In this document: one piece after another, positions 44,445 through 55,245 of the stretch
How positions within the stretch are numbered: position 1 is the first letter of the stretch
How the letters are laid out: the number at the start of each line of letters is the position of its first letter
Source: Lama glama
Taxonomy: Eukaryota
Assembly (NCBI GenBank): GCA_028534125.1
Contig: CM052825.1
Span: 6,634,001 to 6,698,000, forward strand
DNA: 64,000 nucleotides
Direction of reading: 5' to 3'
Made by a program: the position numbers and the translations under genes
The notes under the pieces: generated by a model
Databases searched by the model: none
Told to the model about the DNA's origin: nothing
Seen by the model: the letters and a program-made list of their open reading frames with translations, nothing else

Positions 44445-44600
44445 ACATTTAATTGCGCACAGACCACATGCCAGGGTCTTCCATATATAATCCTATCAAA
44501 GAGATCATTAAAAAATGCATTTGTAGCTAAGGAGACTGGTTCAGAGAAGTGAGCTGCCTCCAGGAAGGTCGCCCAGCCTGGAGAATGGCAGAGCAGATCC
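44445..44600 (-). mobile_element. MIR fragment
   Basis: catttgtagctaaggagactggttcagagaagtgag degenerate core. Confidence 0.55.
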
Positions 44601-46889
44601 CTGCCAGAACAGACCTCTCTCTTGCTGTTACTTCCTGGTCTCTGGGGCTTAGCGGGTACGGCCTCCTGCAGGGCCAAGCGCAGTGCTTTTCTCCAGACAC
44701 ACCCGGAGCCCTTGAGTGTTGATCAGCATTCTTCCACGGGCCACAACACAGGAGGGAATCCTAAAGGACTTCCTTGGCGGCAGAAAGTGCCACCTCCTCT
44801 GTCTCCTGGTTGGCCCTCGGACGTGCTGCTCCTGGTTAGGGAGTCCTCCCCTCAGAGGGGACAGCCCTGGGTCACCTACAGTGCTGTGAGCTCCCTTGGT
44901 GGCTGAATCTGAACCCTTCAGATGTGGAGAGTGGGCTCCAGCTGCCAGGCTGGCCATAGGACGCTGTGACCGCCCTCCTCAGTCAGCTTCTGCAGAGGAC
45001 CTCAGCTAGAGGGTGGGCATCACAGCCCCCGACCCAACCACCGCATGATGGTGCCTGGCCCCACCCCCATCGCATCTGAGCCAGGGGGTGGGTGGAGCCC
45101 AGGCCTGCATCCTCTGAATTCCCCAGGGTGTCTGCTGTTCACCTCCAGCTGAACATCACTGTTCTACCCAACAAAGGAAAGAGCTGGAGCTCCAAGAAGC
45201 AAGGGTGTCTGATGCCAGCTCCGTGGGGCTGGCCCTGGTATGACAATAGAGACTTCTAGTTCCTAAGTACCTCCTATTTGCAGACTTCACTCAGTCCACA
45301 TAACTCCACCCAATATAGATGTCATTATCCAGGGAAAATGAGGCTCTGGCATTATGAAACCTACCTGACTTCAAGTTGGCATAAGCAGGAATCCAAACTT
45401 GGGCTGTCAGACTTCAGAGCTGGCACCCTCAGACACGTACATGTTTGGCTGCCTTGTGCCTAGTGCCTGCCACGCTGGGACCAGGTGCCCAGGCAGTGGC
45501 CTTCCACTCCCTCCAGGCCCTCCGGTGGGCTCCTGCCCTGTCCACCCTCCGATGTGCAGCTCCAGGCCCTGCTGCATGCTCCCGAGGCCCGGTGCCATGT
45601 AGCGCCCCCACCAAAGCTTTTTAACTTCTTTATTATGGGAAATTTCAGACACAAACGTAGAAAGAATGGACCCTATATATCCATCACCAAGTTTCAACAA
45701 TTACCAGTGCCCACCCAAGCAGTTTTAAAGCTGTGTGCACGCTGTCCAAAGGCAGCGCCCTCCTGCAGGTCACCCCCCTGACCACCTGCTGGTGTGTTTT
45801 TCCTCCTGGGCCAGTAGAAAAGGACCTCAGCCCCCACAAGGACATCTTTGGGGGTTCCCTAGGCCTCCTCTCCCCTTCTGCACAGGCTCTGAGCGCCATC
45901 TTGTGTTACCAAAGAGTTATTGTTTCCACGGGGCCAGGGCCCCTCCGCACATCCCAAGGTCCCTCAGCAGCTGCAGGCCCGTCGTCTTCTCTCCCTAATG
46001 CGGATGCTCACTAACCAGCCCCAGCAGGGGACCAAGGCACCTGACCCCGCAGACATAGCAGCAGGTGACCCAGCGCACAGGGCTTCCTGTGATTTCCGTA
46101 GACTACTGGTCATCCGCCCAATGCCAGGGGCTGGCTGAACAGACCAGGCTCGTCTCTTTCTGGCCTCTGACTCTGTTATATTAATTTTGGGAGGAGAAGA
46201 TTTGCTTCTCACTTGTTTCTGAGTTCTAATCATAGAATGGCCCGTTAAGTAACTCCCGAGACTAAATCTCTACATCTATAAAATGAAGATAACACTTTTT
46301 CAGGCTGTGAGGATGAGAAGGTACCCAGGACAACCACCAGCACATATGAGTGCTTAGTAAATGAGAGCCATCAAAATAATCTGAATCCCTTTAAAATAGG
46401 TGAAAATAAATTATGCTCCCAGTCGAACCTAGGTTACAGATTCTGCACTCGGTACTCCTGGCTACAGGGCGCACATGTGGGCCGTGCTGCCCTCCCTCCC
46501 ATAAAGCTTGTGATTCTTCCCCCTTTAGCGTGAATCTTTTATTGTTCTCCTTTCTTTCCTTCTTGTAAATCTCTTTTTCTACCCTAGTCTGCCCTCTGCT
46601 TTCTGTTCCCTTTATGAGATGGCCCTTGAACCAACCTCTTCACACAGCTACAAGCACATAGACACACACACTAGCTAGCTCGTGGGCTGGGCTCCTCTCC
46701 CTGGAGGCCACATGGACCCTAACAGTCTTCTGTGACATTTGAGACTCGAGTGGTAGTGCTGCTGAAGTGTGTCTCCCTGGCTTCCTGCGGGTCCCACGGA
46801 CACAGCCTCAGGCCCTGCTACCATGCCGAGGCAGGGCCAGGGGACTGGCCACCCCCTGGCAGGGCAGGGCAGGCAGGCTACCCAGAACA

Positions 46890-47035
46890 GACTCAGGTCA
46901 ACCTCAGTTCTGTCACTTACTAGCTGTGTGAGCTCAGGCAAATCGTGGAACCTCTCTCGGCTTCAGTGTTTTCATCTGTAAATAGGGATGGGAATGGTCT
47001 CTCTCCCACAGCGTAACTGGGAGGATTAAATGATG
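46890..47035 (+). mobile_element. MIR fragment
   Basis: tctgtcacttactagctgtgtgagctcaggcaa...cagtgttttcatctgtaaatagggat...gaggattaaatga. Confidence 0.8.
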
Positions 47036-47779
47036 AATTTTAGCTGCTGGTTGATGCTATCACTCTTACTGCCCCGTGCCATTTGAATTCAGTGATATTA
47101 TTTCTCATCTTCCATTGGTTTTAGGAAGATTTAAGGAATTTTCAAACCATATTCCAAACTAGTCCACCAGAATGACCTTTATAGATGATTCATTTGCTCA
47201 AGAAGTCCAAATGGTTTGAACTTGAAGCATAGTAGGTGATTAGTGATCCTATCAGCAGAGGGGAGCCGACAAGCAGAGACAGCACTGACAGAGCAGATGA
47301 CTTCCAGTCCAGGAGTCACCCCCCCATTTACCTCGCAGCCCACTCAGCACATCCCCAAGGGACAGTCACACACGGAGTCCCTGAGGTCCCTGAGCCTTGT
47401 CGCAGCCCGCTCCCCACCACTCCTCCTAACCCTGTTCCACAGTGAAAAGACACATGAACAGCACAAGCCCTCCCCGCTTTCTGGAGCAGCCTCCCACCAG
47501 CTACCTCACTGCCTGTTTTCTTCTGGTTCATCTCTCTGTCCTTCCAGATTCAGTTTCCACATCACGTTTCCTAGGAAGCCTCCCCGACCCCCACCAGCAC
47601 TCCCCTCCGGGGCACCCTGTGCTTGCCTCCGTACTGCCCTCTATAGGGCCATCTGTCTATCTCTGTGTTCCACTAAACAGGCACTCCTGCAGGGACAGAT
47701 GGGGACTCACAGTACAACAGAGCGGGGCCTTGAGGAGAGCATGCTGGGTTTCAGAATGGTTCTAGTCCAAGTGTCTTGA

Positions 47780-48409
<630 letters not shown>

Positions 48410-48629
48410 TAGGTAGGGACAGTCCATATCTTCTGGATCAGAAAAAAAAAATCTCTCAGAGACATCATTTAATAAGGGAGGGTGTAGGCATGTATGGGTC
48501 CACAGTAGCAGTTTTTTGGATGCTTTCTCAGGGTCTTTTACTGTATTGTTTTCCAAATAAGTTTGACTAGTTTTGTAATTAAATAAGTAGTGTAAGACCC
48601 TTCCTTTTGGGGAAGTCATGAGTTGGTGA

Positions 48630-48810
48630 AGACTTATTGAGCATCTACTAGGTCTATAAACACTGAGCTACGTGTTTTAACCAACATGGTATCACTTGAT
48701 CCTCGCAACTATATAGGAGATACAGTTGTATCCACATTTTACAGATGAGAAACAAACTGACCTAAGCAGGGAAGGGCCCAGTGCTTGCCTGTAGAGCAAA
48801 GCAGGCTGGG
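48630..48810 (-). mobile_element. MIR fragment
   Basis: ttattgagcatctacta...gatcctcgcaac...cattttacagatgagaaa. Confidence 0.75.
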
Positions 48811-50685
48811 ACAAAATATTTGGATTAGATAATGGAAATCCACTGACAGATAATGAATTGTTGATCACAGCTGTAACCAAGACTCCCTACTGCTAGAAAC
48901 CAAGAATTCCCAGCGGCCCCATGGAAATTCCTGCCTGTTTAATGCCCCGTAAGTGGCCATCTCAATCGCTAGTTCTCATCAGATCATTTCCTCTAGGGCT
49001 CCATAAAACTGGGGAAGGCGCCCCTGGTTATACCGAGATGACAAGTACACATGGATAGCCAGTGCGGGTGGAGCCCTCACGGTTCCTCACCTGAAACAAG
49101 TGGCTGGTAACAGCAGGTCATGGACAGTCGGGGCTGGAGGGAGGAGCTGTCTCTAACTGGTCCTGGCCTCATCTGATAGGTTCTGCTGGAGTTTTTGAAA
49201 GGGCCCAATAAACCTCCCAGGTTCTGAACAAGTTGGACATTCTTTAAATGTTGGCTAGGAGCCAAAATAATACCTTTATTGCTGACGAAGGCTATGTTAG
49301 CAGATGTAGCTTAGTGTGAGAGCCAGACAGACCTGCTCCCTGACCCTGAGAACCAGGCAGATGTGTCCATCATGAGGAAGCGCTGGCCCCAGGCAGGCCT
49401 ACCCACGTGTGGGCTGGCTCCCCAGAAGACAAAAAACATACACAAGCTGAGCACAACCAGCTTATTCATCCTAAATTTACCGATCAGATAGAAACAGAGT
49501 CAGGGCAAGGTCAGCAGTTACGGTGATGGAGCTCCCTCTATGTGGAAGGAAACGTCAAGGGTAGTGAACAGGTGCAGTGATGGAGAGTGAGTGGAAACAT
49601 GGGCAGAGGCTCACCGGAGCTTCCTGCTGCCAGTGTTATGCAATCCCATTTTCACTTTCTAGACACAAAGGTGCATTTGAATGTGTACTTTCCAATCTTC
49701 TGCAAGTTATGTCCATTTTAACGCAAGTATCCTAACTCTGGACAGGAGTGCATGAAGCTGTAGATTGCTGAGTTTATCTGGGTAAAAGTGCTACCAGTTA
49801 CACAAAACATCTCCAAAGTCATGTCCCCTGGCCCTGCTGGGGCCACCTTTTCTTCCAGATGCCCCTAGAGGCCTCAGTTAAGTGGCAGTCACTGCCTCTT
49901 GACCAGGGCACACACTCCCTGGGTTTGTCTTGCCGGCCTCCTGACAACCATGGTAATGCCGTCACGTGGTGGTCAGTTGGTCGTCATGGAGATGCCTCAG
50001 TTGTACGTTTAAGCAAATTCAACCATAAAGAGAGAAGGGAGAGACAGATAGAGTAGCTTTAGAACCTCCAAACTTAGTCATGAGCTCAGATCTACAGTAG
50101 ATGCTCAGTAAATGCTTCCTGTCAAACATAACTCCGCAGCAAAGCAGGCTGGGAAGGTCACATGGGAGCACCACGTTCTGGGAGCAGAAATTAGTTTCAC
50201 CCGCAGAGACCTGGCTGACTCTCCCGGAAGATGTATGATATGTGCAGGGTCTTAAAAGAAGAACTGAACTAGAGAGGAATTTTATAAACCACAAAATAGG
50301 CAGGATGAGAAGTGGCACCAGGTCATTCAGAATGGGCATAAAGCCCAAAGAACGGAAGTCACTTGCCTAAGGTCGCCAAAAGGAAAAGTGCAGAGATTCC
50401 AACTGAGCAGGCCTTCTCTCCTTGGCTTTAGCTCTCCCCTTAAATTCTCAGTACAGAGCAGCTTACCTGGTATTCCCCACAGAGCTTCGCACAAGGACCA
50501 GAACACAGTCGCTCTCAGCACACACCCACTGAATGTGGTTAATTCCCAAGTGAGAAGACAGTTCCTTAGGTTCTTTCCGCAGGAGTTAAACAGAAGCTGA
50601 TTTTATTTTTTACTGCACCACTGGAACCCTCGGAGTAATGCTTGGGCTCCATTTTTGCCCCCATCAAAAAAAAATAAAACTTGGT

Positions 50686-50826
50686 GGGGGGCTGGGTATA
50701 GCTCAGTGGTGCAGCACATGCTTAGCATGCAGGAGGTCCTGGGTTCAATCCCCAGTACCCCTGTTAAAAATACAATAATAAAAATAAATAAATAAACCTA
50801 ATTACCTCCCCCACAAAAAACAAAAA
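50686..50826 (+). mobile_element. Camelid Vic-1-type tRNA(Ala)-derived SINE
   Basis: GGGTATAGCTCAGTGGT (A box)...CTTAGCATG...GGGTTCAATCCC (B box), then an A-rich/AAAT tail and AAACCTAATTACCTCCCCC. Probable TSD aaaa(t/c)aaaactt at 50671-50682 and 50859-50870. Confidence 0.88.
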
Positions 50827-51164
50827 TTTTCTTTAGAAAGGAAAATTTTAAAAATTTTAAAACAAAACTTTACTTCCTTTAATCCTTTCACCTCAGGGAA
50901 ACTAGAAGTATTTTAGGGTGACCATTTCCCCAGGAATGCTGGAACAACCTACCCCAGGACACCTGGTCTCCTGGAGAACAACAGGTCTACCCAGTAGAAC
51001 CTCTTCCAAGTACTAAAAGCCGTGGCATCCCATCGACTTTGAATAACTTGTCTGAAAACCAGATTTGCAGCTGGGACCAAGTCCTTCTAGAGCAGAAGAT
51101 AACCTTCCTCACGGACATGGAGACAAATGTAGGCTAAGAACGATCCCGTCTCATGTCTGTCAAG

Positions 51165-51625
51165 CACATAACACGTGCCAGGCACTGAGCCAAGAGCTTT
51201 GCAGATGTTATCTCATTGCCTGCTCTGATCACAGTCAGTGCAGTGCTGCCAGCCCCATTTTACAGAGAAAGGTTATACACGTTAGCCGAGCTTGGGAGAG
51301 TGGCAGCCTGGATCAGGCCCCAGGCATGAAGTTGTCCCTTCCTTCCCTCAGCCCTTCTGTCTCAGCCTTAACACTTACAACAGGGATTTTGTCACTCACA
51401 AGGCAGCTGGATGGTAAGAATAGTTCCTTTTTTTTTTCTGGTCTACTTTGTGTCCCCTATTTTATGCATTAATATTTAATCATAACATCTCTACAAGGAA
51501 GATGCTATTCTTCACATTTTTCTGATAAGAAAACTGAAGCTCAAAAAGGCTGAGGAACTTGTGCAAACTGCCCAGCTCGTGAGTGACAAAGCCAGATTTC
51601 AAACCCAGGTTTGCCTGGCTCCAAA
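51165..51625 (-). mobile_element. Two MIR fragments
   Basis: gtgccaggcactgagc...cccattttacagaga and gataagaaaactgaagctca...gatttcaaacccaggtttgcctggctcca. Confidence 0.7.
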
Positions 51626-53185
51626 AAGCCTGTGCCCCGTTCTGGGCCAGGCTGCCCCTGAGACTCAGAGCCCTTGGTGGGCCTGTTGCCTGGACAGAAC
51701 CAAACACTTACCTGCCTATCTAGCCTGCCTCCCACCTCCCCAACCAAGGTGGAATGGGACTGGGTGTTCACCCCAACTGGATTTTTAGCTGCCAACAGGC
51801 TTGAAAGCCAGTAAAGAGCAGGTCCATCCTTCTAGCAAAGTTCCCAGCAGCCTGTCGACAGGAGTTGCCATTTCATGGGCTCCCAAACTAGCCCCAGGGA
51901 AGGAAGAAGGTCTTCTGTTACCCACTGGGAACTTCTGGGGGACTTCAGGACCTCCCCCTGCAGCTCTGACTCAGGAATCATCTTCAGACAACGGTCAGAG
52001 CTCACCCTATGTATGGAGCAAAAAACTGTGCAGCCAGATATCCACAACCAGAGTTCTGATACACTGGACTAAACTACAGCCATATCATCCCTGGCTCCAG
52101 CACTCCCTACATCTAGCATAAGAAAGACCTGGCATATAGTGGTTCTCAAAAAATGTTGCCTTTATTGAGTTATATGCACTGCAGAAAATGTTTTCATGCA
52201 TGCCTCACCCAAGGGCTTTCTGCAGGCCCAGTTTCTGCAAGACACTGGGCTTACTGCTAATTTCCCCAAAGATGCTTTTCCACTAACAGTTGGCATGCTA
52301 TCGGAGACTTTTTCAGCTCTTTGGAAGAAACACCTAGAGACTTCTGATTGAGCCTAGGACTATGAACGTGATGGGAAAAGAAATTCTGACACAAAATTAA
52401 ACAGACTTAACAAGAGCCCTTTCATGACATCACCCAGGGCTCCAAAGCAGGGAAGGACAGGGTCCTTCTGTAGCTGTTTCCTTCAGCCCCAACAAAGTAC
52501 TGAAGCATACTTTCCACGCTAGGCTGAAAGCAGCTTGATTAGAACATGCTTGATGTGTTGGAGCACCTACTTGGTCTCCTCCCAGTTTGATCAAAAGTGA
52601 CCCTTTCCTGGTCATCTTCTTTCAGAGGAGGGAGTTGGTTGAAACACATAATTTGGTGAAATCCCTCAGCCCTGACATGGGGGCTCAGAGCTGGACGCTG
52701 AAGATTTCGCTTTGGGCACTGACTAATAAATGGTTCTCTCTTACGAAGTCCTGATGAGGAAGCAGTAGTTATCATTCATTCTGCATTTCCCTTTATTAAT
52801 TCAGTCGGTCTTGATCACTGTACACCAAGCACCATGCTAGGCCTGGGGTGTGCAAAGAATGGGACCCTGCCTTTCACAGCCTGGTTGGAGGTGGTTTGGG
52901 ATGGAGATGGAGGAAATGTGCCATTGAACAAGGAACCCTGGCGGTCCATCCTAGTGGGGAAGAGGGGACTGGCATTCCAGCCAAGGGACAGGTTCCACAG
53001 AGGCACCAAGTTTTGGGACGCAGCGGGGGCTCTGCTTGGCCCACGGCTAGGGATCTGTTGGGGGGCTGGGTGGGACGGTGAGAGGCAGTGCGGTGGAGAG
53101 GGGGTTGGGACCGAGAAGGCAGGAAGCCCTGGGCCGCGGGTGCGCAGCGGCCCCCTCACGGTGCGTCCCTGCTTGTGTCTCGTAG

Positions 53186-53522
53186 GTCTCGGATCCGCAG
53201 AGAACTGTTCATTGAGGAGATTCAGGCCGGGAGCCAGGGCCAGGCCGGGGCCAGCGACTCGCCGTCGGCCCGGAGCGGCCGGGCCGCGCCCAGCTCGGAG
53301 GGCGACAGCTGCGACGGCGTGGAGGCCGCCGAGGGCCCGGGCGCCGCGGACGCCGAGGAGTCGGGCGGCCCCGCGGCCGCCGCCAAGTCTCAGGGAGGGC
53401 CGGCCGAGGCGGCCGCGGCCCCGGAGGAGCGGGAAGAGGCGCCGCGGCCGGCGGAGAAGGCGCAGCCGCCGCCCTCGGGGACCCCGGCCCCGGACGACGC
53501 CGACGACGAGGGCCGGCCCCGG

Positions 53523-53560
<38 letters not shown>

Positions 53561-53897
53561 CGAGGGCCCCGCGGACGGCCCGGGGCCCGTGCCAAACCCC
53601 GCCGCCGCGCCCGCGGCCGGGGAGGACGCCGCTACCTCAGCCGCCCCGCCGGGGGAGGGCCCCTGCCGGGCCCGGGACGGCGCCGACAGGAGTTCCGCTT
53701 TGCCAAGCACCAGCGCGCCGGCGGCCGCCCGCAGGGCCAGCTCGCTGCAGAGCCTCTTCGGCCTCCCGGAGGCGGCGGGCGCCAGGGACTCGCGAGACAA
53801 CCCCTTGAGGAAGAAGAAGGCCGCGAACTTGAACAGCATAATCCACCGCCTGGAGAAGGCCGCCAGCCGGGAGGAGCCTATCGAATGGGAGTTCTGA
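53186..53897 (+). CDS. CUX1: CUX1 exon 24 coding part (end of homeodomain, Pro/Ala-rich repression region, stop TGA)
   Basis: cgtag|GTCTCGG; translates [16 protein letters not shown]...[11 protein letters not shown]...[28 protein letters not shown]. Confidence 0.98.
53526..53561 (+). repeat. Coding (CCG)11CCC trinucleotide repeat, encoding 12 prolines
   Basis: Read directly from the sequence in the CUX1 frame. Confidence 0.97.
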
Positions 53898-53920
53898 GGG
53901 GGCGCCGCCCGCCCGTCCCG

Positions 53921-54030
53921 CCGGGCTGGGCCGAGCCGAGCGGGGCCGAGCCTGACCGGGCCGGGCCGAGTCTGGCCGAGCTGGGCGGAGCCGGGCCGAG
54001 TCGGGCCGAGCTGGGCCGAAGCGGGCCGGG
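53921..54030 (+). repeat. Degenerate 5/10-bp GC minisatellite (consensus CYGGGCCGAG, about 11 units)
   Basis: In-register decamers ccgggccgag, tctggccgag, ctgggcggag, tcgggccgag, etc. Confidence 0.9.
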
Positions 54031-54557
54031 TAGGGGCGGGCGCCGACTCCGNNNNNNNNNNNNNNNNNNNNNNNNNNNNNNNNNNNNNNNNNNNNNNNNN
54101 NNNNNNNNNNNNNNNNNNNNNNNNNNNNNNNNNNNNNNNNNNNNNNNNNNNNNNNNNNNNNNNNNNNNNNNNNNNNNNNNNNNNNNNNNNNNNNNNNNNN
54201 NNNNNNNNNNNNNNNNNNNNNNNNNNNNNNNNNNNNNNNNNNNNNNNNNNNNNNNNNNNNNNNNNNNNNNNNNNNNNNNNNNNNNNNTTTCGTGTGGGCT
54301 TTAAAAAAAAAAATCAAACCCACATATTAAAAGGGGGCTTTTTATCTGCCATCTAATGGCTTCAGAGCGATAATACACTATTATCTTCTTAAACCAGGAA
54401 AAAAGGGGTGGGGGGATTTTTCAGAAAAATTTAAAAAGAAAGTTTTTGTAGCTGTTCAGTTGCCACTAAGAGATTGCACAGTCAAACCGACTCTAAACAC
54501 ACTAGTTTGGATTCCTAAATATTTTCAAGTAAAGAATCTTCTCCTTTGAAACTTTGA

Positions 54558-54568
54558 ATTAAAATAAA
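54558..54568 (+). terminator. Proximal polyadenylation signal (overlapping ATTAAA 54558 / AATAAA 54563)
   Basis: Canonical hexamer about 670 nt after the stop, with U- and GU-rich sequence downstream. A further ATTAAA is at 54326. Confidence 0.6.
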
Positions 54569-55139
54569 AACACATTTACTCCACATATTTTTTAACAAAA
54601 AGAAAAGTCACATCAGGAAAATATCTGATTTTGTGGTAGCTGACGTAGTGTTTTCTTGTACGTGAATAGAATCCTGACATGTTAGTGCACATTGATCCAT
54701 AGCTTTAACTGACTCTGGGCNNNNNNNNNNNNNNNNNNNNNNNNNNNNNNNNNNNNNNNNNNNNNNNNNNNNNNNNNNNNNNNNNNNNNNNNNNNNNNNN
54801 NNNNNNNNNNNNNNNNNNNNNNNNNNNNNNNNNNNNNNNNNNNNNNNNNNNNNNNNNNNNNNNNNNNNNNNNNNNNNNNNNNNNNNNNNNNNNNNNNNNN
54901 NNNNNNTTTAATTTATGGTGTCGACGTCTGTGTTAGTGCGTCTGCACACGTGCGAGCGTCTCAAGAAAGGAGGAAAGAGGCCGCGAAGGTCGCCACAGGC
55001 AGTTCTGGGGCCAGACGGCCCGCCCCTCGTAGGCAGCAGTCTTTCCTTGACACAGAAGGCACCACACCTCACACCACTCTCCAGGGCGCCTGATGGACTG
55101 AGCCCCACCAGGGGACGCCGCTCCCTGGGCCTGGGCGGG

Positions 55140-55245
55140 GCGCGCGCTCGAGCGCTCGCGCTCGCTCTCTCTCGCGCTCTCTCTCTCTCTCTCCCCCCAC
55201 TCCCCCTCCCTCCCTCCCTCCTTCCCTCCCTCTTTCTCTTCCCAC
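55140..55245. repeat. (CG/CT)n to (CT)n to (CCCT)n low-complexity tract
   Basis: cgcgcgctcgagcgctcgcgctcgctctctctcgcgctctctctctct followed by polypyrimidine. Confidence 0.9.

Larger units (their letters stand above)
53130..54051. promoter_or_regulatory. CpG island over terminal coding exon
   Basis: Very high GC content and CpG density, judged by inspection. Confidence 0.85.

Noticed and set aside
50692-50762. Possible tRNA-Ala gene
   Set aside because: The stems are mismatched, and it has an A-rich SINE tail and a TSD. It is the SINE head.
53921-54030. CRISPR-like or Ig switch-region interpretation of the short repeats (also 61996-62046)
   Set aside because: There are no unique spacers and no cas or Ig genes, and the context is a mammalian UTR. 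These are simple minisatellites.
53209-54323. Antisense poly-Ala/poly-Gly ORFs over exon 24
   Set aside because: They are other-frame readings of the CCG repeat and CpG island, and some run through Ns.
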